Assembly (NCBI GenBank): GCA_965220745.1
Contig: CBDCQT010000013.1
Location: forward strand, 576,001-640,000
Direction of reading: 5' to 3'
Length of the DNA: 64,000 nucleotides
Origin: Alphaproteobacteria bacterium
GTDB lineage: Bacteria; Pseudomonadota; Alphaproteobacteria; UBA828
Part shown: in pieces, positions 39,670-50,087 of the stretch
Layout: the number at the start of each line of letters is the position of its first letter
Position numbering within the stretch: position 1 is the stretch's first letter
Notes under the pieces: model-generated
Database searches by the model: none
Told to the model about the DNA's origin: nothing
What the model saw: the letters and a program-made list of their open reading frames with translations, nothing else
Made by a program: the position numbers and the translations under genes

Positions 39670-41225
39670 TTCCTCCTGGTCAATTGCGATGATGTTAAAG
39701 CGAACCGGCTCGGTCCAGCTGACTGACTCGCGCCGGATTTCGAATCCCGCGCGTTGGGCACCGCTTTGGCAATCTTGTCGATGCCTTCCGCAATAAGTGC
39801 TTTCTCGATCACCGAATAACCCAAACGGATGTGATTTCGATTGTTTCTTTCGTCGGAAAATGTGAACCCGCCTGTCTCGAAGAATACGCCCTCTGCGTCT
39901 ACCATTTTGCGGAGAATGCCGGCATCCGCCCCATCCGGCAGCCTGAGCCAGATGCTTCCCCCTCCGTATTCTGCCTTGGTGGACGCCCCCGGAAAGTGCC
40001 TTTCCAACGCTTCGTGCATCACGGTGCAGCGCTCCTTGTAGATGCCCGTAATCTTGGCAACGAAGCGATCGAAATAGCCTCGTTGCAGGAACAGCGCGAC
40101 GCTTCTCTGATTGTTGACCGGCGGGTGTCGCAGGATATGGTGCCGCATCGCCCGCGCTTCTCTGACGAACTCTCGATCCGCAACCAAGTAGCCGATGCGC
40201 AGCCCGGGCAATAGGGATTTCGAGAGGCTTCCTGTGTAGATGACATTGCCCCAGGTATCGAGGCTCTTGAGAGCACGCGGGGGAGTCTTGTTGAAGCTGA
40301 TGTCGGCTTCGTAATCGTCCTCGATGACGAACTGGCCGTTTCTCTTCGTGAAAGCGAGCAACTCCACCTTACGGTCGAGGGGCATGGTAACAGTTGTCGG
40401 GAACTGGTGACTCGGCGTCACGAACAGGCATTTGCAGCCAGAAATATTGCTGGAGAGAACGAGTCCCTTTTGGTCAATGGGAAGTCGCCTTACCGAGATT
40501 CCCTCAATTTCCGCCATGTTGATGACATCCGGATAACCGGGATCCTCGACGCCGATGATTTCACCGGGCTTCAGGAGAAGCTTGATCGCGATGTAGAGCG
40601 CCTGCTGGCCGCCAACCGTGACGAGGACCTCGTCGGGATGAGCGACGATACCGCGCTTGGCGAGCACGCGTTGGATCAGCTGCTCGATCAACATGTCATC
40701 GTCGATTGCGGAGTAGTCGGTCGCCCAATTGGCGAGCTCGATGACGTTGACGGAATCGCGCACGCATTCGCGCCAACTCGTGATGGGGAAGAGCGACGGG
40801 TCAGTCAGACCGCAGACGAACGGATAGCGATATCTGACCAGAACATCCGAAGGCTTCACGACGCGTTGAAGGTTGAAGCTTCGGTCCCTGAAGAATGCCC
40901 CGTAGTCCAGCGTCGCCAGTGGCGCGGCGAGGTCGGCCGGCACATCGGGCTTGAGGGCATGGCCCGGTTCGGTGAGCACGTCCTGGTTGACGTAATACCC
41001 TGAGCGGTTCCTGGCCTCGACGAACCCGTCCTGCTTCAGCGCCTCGTAGGCCAGGGTCACAGTCGTCACGCTTACGCCGAGGTCTGCGGACAGCTGGCGT
41101 ATGGACGGGAGCGGTCGGTGCAGCGGGTATTGCCGGTTGACGATGCCGATCGCGATCTGACGCCGGATTTGCTTCTGCAGGCTCTCCGGCGCCCCGCGGT
41201 CGATCACGATCATGTTCTCGTACAT
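39666..41225 (-). CDS. MocR-type GntR regulator (wHTH + PLP aminotransferase-like domain)
   Basis: LPSIRQLSADLGVS..TV..AY, EDPGY, TPSHQFPT, IEDDY, GSLSKSL.PGLRIGY. Confidence 0.93.
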   Translation of the reverse strand: MYENMIVIDRGAPESLQKQIRRQIAIGIVNRQYPLHRPLPSIRQLSADLGVSVTTVTLAYEALKQDGFVEARNRSGYYVNQDVLTEPGHALKPDVPADLAAPLATLDYGAFFRDRSFNLQRVVKPSDVLVRYRYPFVCGLTDPSLFPITSWRECVRDSVNVIELANWATDYSAIDDDMLIEQLIQRVLAKRGIVAHPDEVLVTVGGQQALYIAIKLLLKPGEIIGVEDPGYPDVINMAEIEGISVRRLPIDQKGLVLSSNISGCKCLFVTPSHQFPTTVTMPLDRKVELLAFTKRNGQFVIEDDYEADISFNKTPPRALKSLDTWGNVIYTGSLSKSLLPGLRIGYLVADREFVREARAMRHHILRHPPVNNQRSVALFLQRGYFDRFVAKITGIYKERCTVMHEALERHFPGASTKAEYGGGSIWLRLPDGADAGILRKMVDAEGVFFETGGFTFSDERNNRNHIRLGYSVIEKALIAEGIDKIAKAVPNARDSKSGASQSAGPSRFALTSSQLTRRK

Positions 41226-41337
41226 CGTCGTCAGCTCCGTGCTCCGTGGAGCGGCAGCCGAACAAGGCAGGGGTAGCGCAGGCACGACGGTGCCATCAAG
41301 CGCGTCTCGGCATCCGCATTCTCTGTACCCACACAAA

Positions 41338-41390
41338 TTCTCAACTGTATGCAGCCACCTGCGCCCAAAACGTTTCTCAACTGTATGTAG
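41338..41390. promoter_or_regulatory. 17-bp direct repeat TTCTCAACTGTATGYAG x2, candidate MocR operator
   Basis: 41338-41354 and 41374-41390, one mismatch, 36-bp period, in the divergent mocR/ilvD intergenic region. Confidence 0.7.
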
Positions 41391-41494
41391 GCGCGCTTCG
41401 GGTGGGACGGTAGGTTTTATCGGCAAGAAATTAATCGAGGCGCAGGCCGAGTATTCAATCGCCTCGCAGGCCGCGACACAAAGAGAAAGCACCC

Positions 41495-43150
41495 GTGCGT
41501 AGCGACGAACAATATCTCGGGATCGAGCGCTCACTACAGCGTGCTTGGGCGAAGGGAGCAGGGCTGATCGACGAAGAGTTCGAGCAGCCCATGATCGCGG
41601 TCGTCAACACTTATCAAGAGTTCTCGCCGGAGAACATTCACCTCCGGCAAGTCGGCGAGGCGGTCAAAGCGGGAATTCGCATGGCAGGCGGGACGCCGTG
41701 CGAATTCAATACTTTCCACGTTACCGACAGTGAGACGTTTGCCTCGGTTGGCATGCGCTATGTGCTACCGAGCCGGGACCTTGTGGCCGACATGATCGAG
41801 CTCATGGTCGAAGGCCATCGTTTCGATGCGATGGTGCTGATCGGTTCGGGTGACAAGGTTATGCCGGGAATGGTCATGGCGACTGCACGCATCGACATAC
41901 CTGCCATCGTGCTTTACGGCGGCCCCACGAAAGCCGGCACTTACAAGAACAAAAAAGTATTTCTGGAGACGGTTTATGATGGTGTCGGCGAGCACCTTCT
42001 CGGAAAGATTACCAAAGAAGAATTAAAGGGCCTGGAAGACAATCACTTCCCATTTTCCGGCGCTTGCGACACAGCGACGTCCGGCAATACCGCCGGTATC
42101 TATACGGAAGCGCTAGGTCTCTCACTACCCCATTCAGGCACTTATCCAGCGGGAAGCAACTACCAGCTTCGCGCGGCGAAATACACCGGGATGCGGATCA
42201 TGGACCTGGTGCGCGAAGACCTGCGTCCATCGAAGATTCTGACACGGGACGCGTTCGAAAACGCCATGCGTGTCGGACTGGCGGTCGGCGGCTCCACCAA
42301 CATGGTCCTCCACATGATCGCGATGGCAAAGGAAGCCGGCGTCGAGGTGAACTTCGACACCTGGGATCGCCTCAGTCGCGAGACCCCGACGCTGGTCAAG
42401 CTCGCGCCTTCCGGTCCATGGGGCGTGACGGAGCTCGGCGAGGCGGGCGGAACGCCCGCCGTCATGAAGGCGCTGGGCGATCTCATTAATCCGGAAACGC
42501 TGACCGTGTGCGGCGGGACGACCGGGGAACTCATCGCCCGTGCGGAAATTGAGAACCCGGAGTGCATCCGGGGGAGAGGCAATCCCATCGAGACGGACGG
42601 CTCGATCTACATACTCAAGGGCAGCCTTGCGCCCGGCGGAGCGGTCGTGAAGGCCTCTGGCGTCAGCCGCGACATGTGGCAGGCCGTGCTACCGGCGCGC
42701 GTCTTCGAGGACGAAGAGGGCGCAATCGGCGCCCTGCGCAACGGCACGATTCAGCCCGGCACCTGCGTCGTGATCCGCAACGAGGGCACGCGCGGTGGCC
42801 CCGGCATGCGCGAGATGCTGGGCGCCACCTCCGCGCTGATGGGGGCCGGCCTCGGCAATAGCTGCGCGCTCGTCACCGACGGGCGCTTCTCGGGCGCCAC
42901 TCACGGCCCAGCCATCGGCTACGTCACCCCGGAGGCCGCCCGAGACGGACCCATCGCCTTGGTAGAAGACGGCGATCTGGTCCGTATCGACCTGGTAGCG
43001 CGCACGCTGGACCTTGAGGTGGCTCCAGAGGTGCTCGCGGAGCGCCGCCGAATCCACACACCGATGCCGCCGCGAGTCTCGCGCGGCTATCTCAAGCACT
43101 ACGCCAAACATGTGGCGCCCGCCTCCGAAGGCGCCGTGATGCCGCGCTAG
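41495..43150 (+). CDS. IlvD/Edd family dehydratase (atypical)
   Basis: [50 protein letters not shown]. Confidence 0.9.
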   Translation: MRSDEQYLGIERSLQRAWAKGAGLIDEEFEQPMIAVVNTYQEFSPENIHLRQVGEAVKAGIRMAGGTPCEFNTFHVTDSETFASVGMRYVLPSRDLVADMIELMVEGHRFDAMVLIGSGDKVMPGMVMATARIDIPAIVLYGGPTKAGTYKNKKVFLETVYDGVGEHLLGKITKEELKGLEDNHFPFSGACDTATSGNTAGIYTEALGLSLPHSGTYPAGSNYQLRAAKYTGMRIMDLVREDLRPSKILTRDAFENAMRVGLAVGGSTNMVLHMIAMAKEAGVEVNFDTWDRLSRETPTLVKLAPSGPWGVTELGEAGGTPAVMKALGDLINPETLTVCGGTTGELIARAEIENPECIRGRGNPIETDGSIYILKGSLAPGGAVVKASGVSRDMWQAVLPARVFEDEEGAIGALRNGTIQPGTCVVIRNEGTRGGPGMREMLGATSALMGAGLGNSCALVTDGRFSGATHGPAIGYVTPEAARDGPIALVEDGDLVRIDLVARTLDLEVAPEVLAERRRIHTPMPPRVSRGYLKHYAKHVAPASEGAVMPR

Positions 43151-43153
43151 GTC

Positions 43154-44199
43154 ATGAACGCGCTGACCGAAATCGTCGTCGTCACCAATGCCGCCTCCAC
43201 CGGCATCAGGATCGACCGCGCACAGTTGAAGTCGCTCGCCCGCCGCAGCGACAGGCCCGGCCTCACCTATCTGGCTCTCTGGGCATTGGCGCTGGCGCTG
43301 ACCGGCGCCCCGATCTGGTTCGCCCTGGGCACACCCTATGTCTGGGCGGCGGTGTTCGTCTTCGGCGTCGTCATGTCGGTGCCGTCCTACGCGCTCAGCC
43401 ATGAGACGGCGCACGGAACCGCCTTTCGCACGCGTTGGCTCAACGAGACCGTCTTCTGGTTCACGTCGCTGCTCTACGGCGAGGAGCCACTGCACCGGCG
43501 CTACACCCACACCAATCACCACACGTACACCTGGTACGTGGGTCTCGACAGCCAGATGCCCTTCGACACGCCGCTCACCTTCAGGGCTGGCTCTACGACA
43601 TCAGCGGGCTGTCGATTCACAGGTTCCAGTTCCGGGTGCTCTGGCAGCTGGCGACCAAGCGATACACGCCGCTCATGCGGGAGGTGTCGCCTGAGGCGGA
43701 GCTGCCGAAGATGACCCGCAACGCGCGCCTCTTCTGCCTCATCTACCTCGGCGTCATCGCCCTGATCGCCTCCGGCTACGGCTGGCCGCTGCTCTGGTTC
43801 TACGTGCTGCCGCGGCTCATCGGCGGCCCGATCATGCTGATGTTCAACATCATCCAGCATGCCGAGATGCAGGAGAACTCGCCCTCGATCGTAGACAGCA
43901 CGCGGACGTTCCGGACGAACTGGGTGGGGCGCTTTCTCTATCTCAACATGAACAACCACGTGGAGCACCACCTCTATCCGCAGGTGCCGTTCTACTCGCT
44001 CCCCAAGCTTCACGAGGCCGTCGCCGACAGGACGCCAGAGCCCGATCCGGGTTTTTGGGCCACCAATCTCGATCTTCTCTGGGTCGTCATCCGGCGTTCG
44101 CTCGGGCGCAGCACCAAGGCCGTCTGGATCCGGCAAGCGCCGCACATGGTGAGCGCCGGCGGGGCCTGCACCACGATCTCGAAGGCGACGATGCAGTGA
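43154..44199 (+). CDS. Fatty acid desaturase-like membrane oxygenase (MocD-like), split by a 1-nt frameshift near 43584
   Basis: His boxes HETAH and HTNHH in ORF 43154; QH and HVEHH in ORF 43435; the frames join at TTC-AG(G)-GGC-TGG. Confidence 0.8.
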
Positions 44200-45038
44200 C
44201 GCGCAAGCGCATCTACACCTACGGCGGCAGGCCGGCTCAGCGCAACTTCACCGTGGCCGATCTGATCGCGCTCAAGGGCACAGTCAGGCTTTGCCAGACC
44301 TGCCCGGCGACGGAGGAGGAAGCAGCGGCCTGCGAAGCGGTCGGCATCGACGTGCTGAACACGTCGGACGCGGATCTTCCCGCGGTCCGAGCCGGCGCAC
44401 CCGAGACCTTCATCATCGCCGATCTCCCGATGACGGCGCACCAGACGCCCGACGACATCATGCGCGCTGCCGTCAGGGCGGCGGAGATCGGCGCGGACGC
44501 GGTCTACACGCCGCGCAGCCTGCGTATGGTCGAGATGCTGGCCAAGGAGGGGCTTGCCGTTCAGGGCCATCTCGGCCTGGTGCCGAGGCTCTCGACCCGG
44601 CGCGGAGGCTTGCGGATCGTCGGCAAGACGGCCGAGGAAGCCGTCGAGCTGGCAGAGGATTTCCGCCGCCTCGAGGACGCCGGCGCCTACGCCGCCGAGG
44701 TCGAATGCGTGGCGGCCGAGGCACTCGCGGCGATTAATCCGCTGACGAAATTGGTCACGCATTCCATCGGCGCCGGGTCCGCCGGCGACGTTATCTTCAT
44801 GTTCCTGGTCGACATCTGCGGGGAGTCTGACCGTCCCCCGGGTCACGCCAAGGCCTTCGCCGACCTCAATTCGATCCGTGCGCACCTCGCCGTCGAACGG
44901 CGGCGAGCCCTGAGCGAATACCGGCACGCAGTCATAACCGGCGCCTATCCCGACGCCGCGACCTCGGTCTCGATGCTGCCGAACGAGCACCAAAGACTTC
45001 TCGAGGCGCTGGATGCGCGCCCGGTTTTCAACACCTAG
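44196..45038 (+). CDS. PanB-like (ketopantoate hydroxymethyltransferase family) protein, divergent
   Basis: GTG start overlapping the upstream stop; ADLP, GHLGLVP, GKT, AGA...VECV, IGAG, YP motifs. Confidence 0.8.
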   Translation: MTRKRIYTYGGRPAQRNFTVADLIALKGTVRLCQTCPATEEEAAACEAVGIDVLNTSDADLPAVRAGAPETFIIADLPMTAHQTPDDIMRAAVRAAEIGADAVYTPRSLRMVEMLAKEGLAVQGHLGLVPRLSTRRGGLRIVGKTAEEAVELAEDFRRLEDAGAYAAEVECVAAEALAAINPLTKLVTHSIGAGSAGDVIFMFLVDICGESDRPPGHAKAFADLNSIRAHLAVERRRALSEYRHAVITGAYPDAATSVSMLPNEHQRLLEALDARPVFNT

Positions 45039-45048
45039 GAGAGCAACG

Positions 45049-45357
45049 ATGGCCGACTGGGTCCGCGCCTGCGCCTGCGACGACATCGAGGACGAGGACC
45101 TCATCCGCTGGGACCACGAGGGCCGAACCTACGCGATCTACAAGGCCGAGGACGGCTTTTACTGCACCGATGGCATGTGCACGCACGAGGAGGAGCACCT
45201 CGAGGAGGGGCTTCTGATCGGCCATGTCATCGAGTGCCCCCTTCACCAGGGTCGCTTCGACATCAGGACGGGGGAGGTGATTTCCCCTCCGCCCTTCGTC
45301 GATCTCCACGCCTATCCCGTGAAGGCGGAGGACGGCCAAATCTACGTGAAGGTCTAG
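45049..45357 (+). CDS. Rieske [2Fe-2S] ferredoxin (MocE-like)
   Basis: CTH...CPLH motifs; RBS AGGAGAG. Confidence 0.93.
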   Translation: MADWVRACACDDIEDEDLIRWDHEGRTYAIYKAEDGFYCTDGMCTHEEEHLEEGLLIGHVIECPLHQGRFDIRTGEVISPPPFVDLHAYPVKAEDGQIYVKV

Positions 45358-45425
45358 GGGCGATTTGAAGGGAGTGCCCCTGGAATTTGTTTCGACAACC
45401 AGTGCCACGAAGAGGAGATGGAACG

Positions 45426-46454
45426 ATGAATACCCCACTTCGCAAGTTAGTCTTGCCCGGCCTGACCGCGGCGGGAATAGCGCTCGGCGCGATGGCTTTT
45501 CAGGCCGAAACTCAGAAGGCCGACGCGGCGGAGAGCTTCATCTTCGCGCACGCGATGAACGTCGATCACGTGTTCCACGCCATCTCGGAACGCTACATCG
45601 CCGACCTGGCGGACCAGAGCGGGATCGAGATCGAGTATCACCCGGGCGGCGATCTCGGCGACTGGACGTCGCTGTTCGAGCAGGCCATGCAGGGCGTCGT
45701 GCCGATGACGCTGACCTGGGCTTCGTCGGAATTCGACTCTCGGCTGGACCTCATCTACCTGGGCTACATCGTCTCCAACTGGGAGGACGCGGAGGCGCTC
45801 TACGGCCCCGGCGCCGGCATGCTCGGGGTCTACAACGACATGCTGGCCGACCTCGGCCTGTACGCTCTTGGAATCATCCCGACAGATTTCGGCTCCGTGG
45901 TGATCCGCAAGGGCGTCGGCGAGCTTCCGATGAACTTCCCGGATGACCCGGCCGGCATGAAGATCCGCGTTCCGGGACTCGCGATCGCGGTGGACCGCTT
46001 CAACAGCTTCGGCTTCGCCGCGGTGCCCATTCCGCTTTCCGAGGTCCACACGGCCCTGCAGCTCGGGACCGTGGATGCGCGTTCGTTCTCGACCGCGGTC
46101 GAGACCTACACGCTGCGTGACGTGCTCGAGGCCAACATCCTTACCAACGACTACTTCGAGGTCGCCTTCTGGCTCGTGAACAAGGACTGGTGGGACGGCC
46201 TATCCGAGGAAGATCGGACCGCCTTGCAGGCCGCCGCCGACAACACCATCGGCTGGTCCTGGATGGAGGCCAAGAGCAAGAGCGACGAGTTCCTGCAGAA
46301 GGCGCGCGATGCCGGCATCAACGTGGTCGAGCTGAGTGACGAGCAGATGAGCGCGGCAAAGCAGATCGTCTACGACAACGAGTGGCCGATGATGGAAGAC
46401 GTCGTCGGCAAGGACATCATGGACAAGATTCGGCAGGTCGTCGGTATCGAGTAG
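45426..46454 (+). CDS. dctP: TRAP transporter substrate-binding protein
   Basis: Signal peptide; HPGGDLG, GMKIRVP, E.HTALQ.GTVD. Confidence 0.9.
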   Translation: MNTPLRKLVLPGLTAAGIALGAMAFQAETQKADAAESFIFAHAMNVDHVFHAISERYIADLADQSGIEIEYHPGGDLGDWTSLFEQAMQGVVPMTLTWASSEFDSRLDLIYLGYIVSNWEDAEALYGPGAGMLGVYNDMLADLGLYALGIIPTDFGSVVIRKGVGELPMNFPDDPAGMKIRVPGLAIAVDRFNSFGFAAVPIPLSEVHTALQLGTVDARSFSTAVETYTLRDVLEANILTNDYFEVAFWLVNKDWWDGLSEEDRTALQAAADNTIGWSWMEAKSKSDEFLQKARDAGINVVELSDEQMSAAKQIVYDNEWPMMEDVVGKDIMDKIRQVVGIE

Positions 46455-46532
46455 TGACTCCCGAGTGTTCTCCAGAGACTGCGTCCGGGTGCCTCGGCAC
46501 CCGGACGGCTTCTTGATCGGGAACCCGCCAAC

Positions 46533-47177
46533 GTGAGCCGGAAGTCGGACCATCGCTCCCGACCTTCCGAGGGTGCCTCGTCAAATGACAACGATCCCGA
46601 TCATGACCGGTCCGAACCGCCCGAGCGCCTGAGCCCGCTGCCCACGGGCGCACTGGCGGAGAAGCTGCGCTGGGTGCTCTCCGTCGAGGCCATCGTCCAG
46701 CGCGTCCTTTACGTCTTCATCATCGCCTTCGGCCTCGCCCTCGCCGGGCTGATGTTCACCCAGGTCGTGCTGCGCTACGCCTTCGCCTCGCCGTTCGTGG
46801 GGATCGAGGAGCTGTCGCTGCTCTTCGGCGCCTGGTTCTATTTCCTCGGCATCGCCTACGTCACTCGTGACGGCGAGCACATCCACGGCGGCATCCTGAC
46901 CATGGTCGTGCGCAATCCGACCGCCGTGCAGGCCGTCCGCTTGGTCGTGACAGTGCTCAGCGTCGGCGCCTGCGCGATCTTCGGCTACTTCGCGATCAAG
47001 TATGCGCTCTTCGAGATCGGGACCGGCCGGCTCAGCTCGTACATGCGCTGGCCCAAGGGGTTGTGGTCGGCCTCGCTCATCGTCGGCTTCGTCGCGACCA
47101 CGGTCTACATGCTGCTTCAGGCGGTCCATCAATTCCTGGACCTGCAAGCCCGCCTCCGCGCGTCGAGGCGGAGCTAG
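46533..47177 (+). CDS. dctQ: TRAP transporter small permease
   Basis: QVVLRY, EELS, HI motifs; 4 TMs; start uncertain. Confidence 0.85.
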   Translation: MSRKSDHRSRPSEGASSNDNDPDHDRSEPPERLSPLPTGALAEKLRWVLSVEAIVQRVLYVFIIAFGLALAGLMFTQVVLRYAFASPFVGIEELSLLFGAWFYFLGIAYVTRDGEHIHGGILTMVVRNPTAVQAVRLVVTVLSVGACAIFGYFAIKYALFEIGTGRLSSYMRWPKGLWSASLIVGFVATTVYMLLQAVHQFLDLQARLRASRRS

Positions 47178-47179
47178 CC

Positions 47180-48484
47180 GTGCTCGTCTTTCTCGGCTCT
47201 ATCGCGCTCGTCGTCATCCTGCTCTTGTCGGAGATGCCGATCGCGTTCGCCTTCGGCATCGGCGCGCTGGTGTTCGGCCTCGCGTCCGGCTCGGACATCT
47301 CCTTCCTCATCCCGTTCGCCTACCAGACGACCTCGAGCTTCGCCCTGCTCGCGCTGCCGCTCTTCGTGATGGCCGGCACCATCATGGCCGAAGGGGGGAT
47401 GTCCGACCGCCTGCTCAACTTCGTGAACGCGCTGGTCGGCAGGCTGAAGGGCGGGCTCGGTGCCGTGACCATCGTCACTTGCGCGCTGTTCGGCGCGATC
47501 TCCGGCTCGTCGTCGGCGGCCATCGCCGCCATCGGGTCGATCATGATTCCGCGCATGGTGCGGGAGGGATATCCGCCCGGCCATGCGACCGCGCTGGTGG
47601 CCTGTTCATCGGTGCTCGCGCTGATGATCCCGCCCTCCATTCCCATGATCGTCTTTGCGGTGACCGGCGGAATCTCGGTGGGTGCAGCCTTTCTCTCAAC
47701 CATCATTCCCGGCGTCTTGCTGACGGTCGTCTATGTCGGCTTGAATTTCCTGTTCCTGCGCAAGGTGAAGACCATCACGGTCGAGGAACGGGTTCCGGCC
47801 CGCGTCGCGGTGCGCCGCGTGGGCATCACGGGCGCCAAGGCCTTCTGGGCGCTGCTGCTGCCGGTCTTCATCCTCGGCAGCATCTACTCCGGTATCGCGA
47901 CACCGACCGAGGCCGCCGCGATCGCCTTCGTCTACACGGTGGTCGTGGGCTTCGTGTTCTACCGGGGCCTCACATTGCAGAACTTCCCCAAGGCCATCGG
48001 ACGCGCGGCGGTCACGACAGGATCGATCATCGCGGTGCTGTTCTTCCTGTTCGTCATGAGCCGCGCGATGATTCTGGAGCAGGTGCCGAAGGACGTGGCG
48101 GACGCGCTGATCGCGCTGACCGAGAACCGCATCTTCGTTCTGTTGATGATCAACCTAATCCTCCTGCTGATCGGCATGATCGTCGACGACGTGTCGGGCA
48201 GCGTGCTCGCGGCGATCGTGCTGCTGCCGGTGGCGAGGGAAATCGGCGTCCACCCCATCCACTTCGCCGCGATCGTCGGCACCAATCTCGGTCTCGGGAA
48301 CGTCTCTCCCCCCTGCGCGCCGATGCTTTACATGGCGGCGGGGATCAGCAAGCTCTCGCTGGACAAGTATGTCGTGCCGACCATGAAGCTGTTGTGTTTG
48401 GGTCATCTGCCCATGGTGCTGATCGTCACATTCATTCCTGACCTCTCGCTGGCACTGCCCAGGCTGGTCATGGGGATTGAGTAA
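47180..48484 (+). CDS. dctM: TRAP transporter large permease
   Basis: LLALPLF, FGAISGSS.A, IPPSI, TPTEAA, PIHF, SPP. Confidence 0.93.
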   Translation: MLVFLGSIALVVILLLSEMPIAFAFGIGALVFGLASGSDISFLIPFAYQTTSSFALLALPLFVMAGTIMAEGGMSDRLLNFVNALVGRLKGGLGAVTIVTCALFGAISGSSSAAIAAIGSIMIPRMVREGYPPGHATALVACSSVLALMIPPSIPMIVFAVTGGISVGAAFLSTIIPGVLLTVVYVGLNFLFLRKVKTITVEERVPARVAVRRVGITGAKAFWALLLPVFILGSIYSGIATPTEAAAIAFVYTVVVGFVFYRGLTLQNFPKAIGRAAVTTGSIIAVLFFLFVMSRAMILEQVPKDVADALIALTENRIFVLLMINLILLLIGMIVDDVSGSVLAAIVLLPVAREIGVHPIHFAAIVGTNLGLGNVSPPCAPMLYMAAGISKLSLDKYVVPTMKLLCLGHLPMVLIVTFIPDLSLALPRLVMGIE

Positions 48485-48618
48485 GCGCTGGCGCTCCTCC
48501 GAGAGCGCGTGCGCGACGATCGCTCTCGAGCAATCGGGCAAGGGCTATATCACTGCCGGTCGCCGATAATCCGGGCGCAGAGATCAGCGCCGGCACCGAC
48601 CTCATCGTGGAGTGAACA

Positions 48619-49698
48619 ATGCGATCGCAACGCCTTGTGCAAATCGTCGGCTGCCATGCGGAAGGCGAGGTGGGTGATGTCATCATCGGCGGCGTCGTCC
48701 CGCCGCCGGGCGACACGCTCTGGGAGCAGTCCCGCTTCATCGCTCGCGACCAGTCTCTGCGTCGCTTCGTGCTGAACGAGCCACGCGGCGGCGTGTTTCG
48801 CCACGTCAACCTGCTGGTGCCGCCTAAGGATCCTCGCGCCGACATGGGCTTCATCATCATGGAGCCTGAGGACACGCCGCCGATGTCGGGATCGAATAGC
48901 CTCTGCGTCGCCACGGTGCTACTGGAAACCGGCATCCTGCCGATGACCGAACCCGAGACGGTGATGGTTCTGGAAGCCCCCGGCGGCCTCATCCGGGTAC
49001 ATGCCGCCTGCAGCGAGGGGCGGGTCGACTCCGTCCGCGTGCACAACGTCGTTTCCTTCGCGGCGCGGCTTGGGGCCGCGCTCGAGGTCGAGGGACTAGG
49101 AACGCTCTCCGCCGATACCGCCTACGGCGGCGACAGCTTCGTGCTGGTGGATTCAGAAGCGCTCGGCTTCGCGCTCAGCCCCGACGAAGCGCGGGACATC
49201 GTCGAGACGGGGATTCGGATCACCCGCGCCGCCAACGAGCAGCTGGGCTTCCTCCATCCCCAGAACCCCGATTGGCGGCATATCTCATTCTGCCAGATCG
49301 CCGCGCCGCTTCAGTGCATCGATGGTGTACCGACGGGCCGCAACGCGGTGGTAATCCGGCCGGGCAAGATCGACCGCAGCCCGACCGGCACCGGCTGCTC
49401 CGCACGAATGGCGGTGCTGCACGCGCGGGGCGAGCTTGGGATCGGCGATCGCTTCCGTGGGGTATCGATCATCGATTCCGTCTTCGACTGCCGCATCGAG
49501 GGGGAAACCACGTTGGACGGACGCCCGGCGATCCTGCCGTCGGTCTCGGGTCGTGCCTGGCTGACCGGTACGACCCAGCTCCACCTCGACCCGCGCGATC
49601 CGTGGCCGGAGGGCTATCGGCTCAGCGACACCTGGCCTCCCAGCGCGGAGGCCTCTGCCCCCGCCACCAACGACGGCGCTCACGCCAACCACAACTAG
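48619..49698 (+). CDS. Proline racemase family protein, Ser/Thr catalytic pair (likely hydroxyproline dehydratase type)
   Basis: [24 protein letters not shown] motifs. Confidence 0.88.
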   Translation: MRSQRLVQIVGCHAEGEVGDVIIGGVVPPPGDTLWEQSRFIARDQSLRRFVLNEPRGGVFRHVNLLVPPKDPRADMGFIIMEPEDTPPMSGSNSLCVATVLLETGILPMTEPETVMVLEAPGGLIRVHAACSEGRVDSVRVHNVVSFAARLGAALEVEGLGTLSADTAYGGDSFVLVDSEALGFALSPDEARDIVETGIRITRAANEQLGFLHPQNPDWRHISFCQIAAPLQCIDGVPTGRNAVVIRPGKIDRSPTGTGCSARMAVLHARGELGIGDRFRGVSIIDSVFDCRIEGETTLDGRPAILPSVSGRAWLTGTTQLHLDPRDPWPEGYRLSDTWPPSAEASAPATNDGAHANHN

Positions 49699-49737
49699 CG
49701 AGCAACACCCGTATCGTTCTCGCCCTCAGTCCCGTCG

Positions 49738-49990
49738 CCTATTGGATAGGGTCCGAACATGTCGGGCTTGGGATTGACCTCTTCTACGACGTCGAAGACT
49801 TCACCTGCTTCTTCGAGGCAAACAAGGAAAAGTGCTGGGCAAACTATGAAAAGCCGTTGACCGCGTTCTTCCAGCCTGAACAACTGCCCGAGGTGACGGA
49901 AGGCCTGCTTGAGCGTTGTTACGCTGAGAGCGAGGTGTGCGGCATTCTGGGTGAAACTACTTGCGCGTGGTCCGTGCGGTGTGGGGCTGA
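49738..49990 (+). pseudogene. C-terminal remnant of a membrane dipeptidase (peptidase M19) gene
   Basis: IGSEHVGLGID...PEQLPEVTEGLLER.Y.ESEV.GILGE, then after a 1-nt shift (N)YLRVVRAVWG-stop; no start or N-terminal part. Confidence 0.6.
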
Positions 49991-50087
49991 AAGAACATCT
50001 GTCTCGCTTATGCTGACGGTGTTGGCGGTAGTTTGTAGCTCGAGGATTAGGCCGGCGCGGCGGCAACCGCACGGGAAGGAGAGGTCG

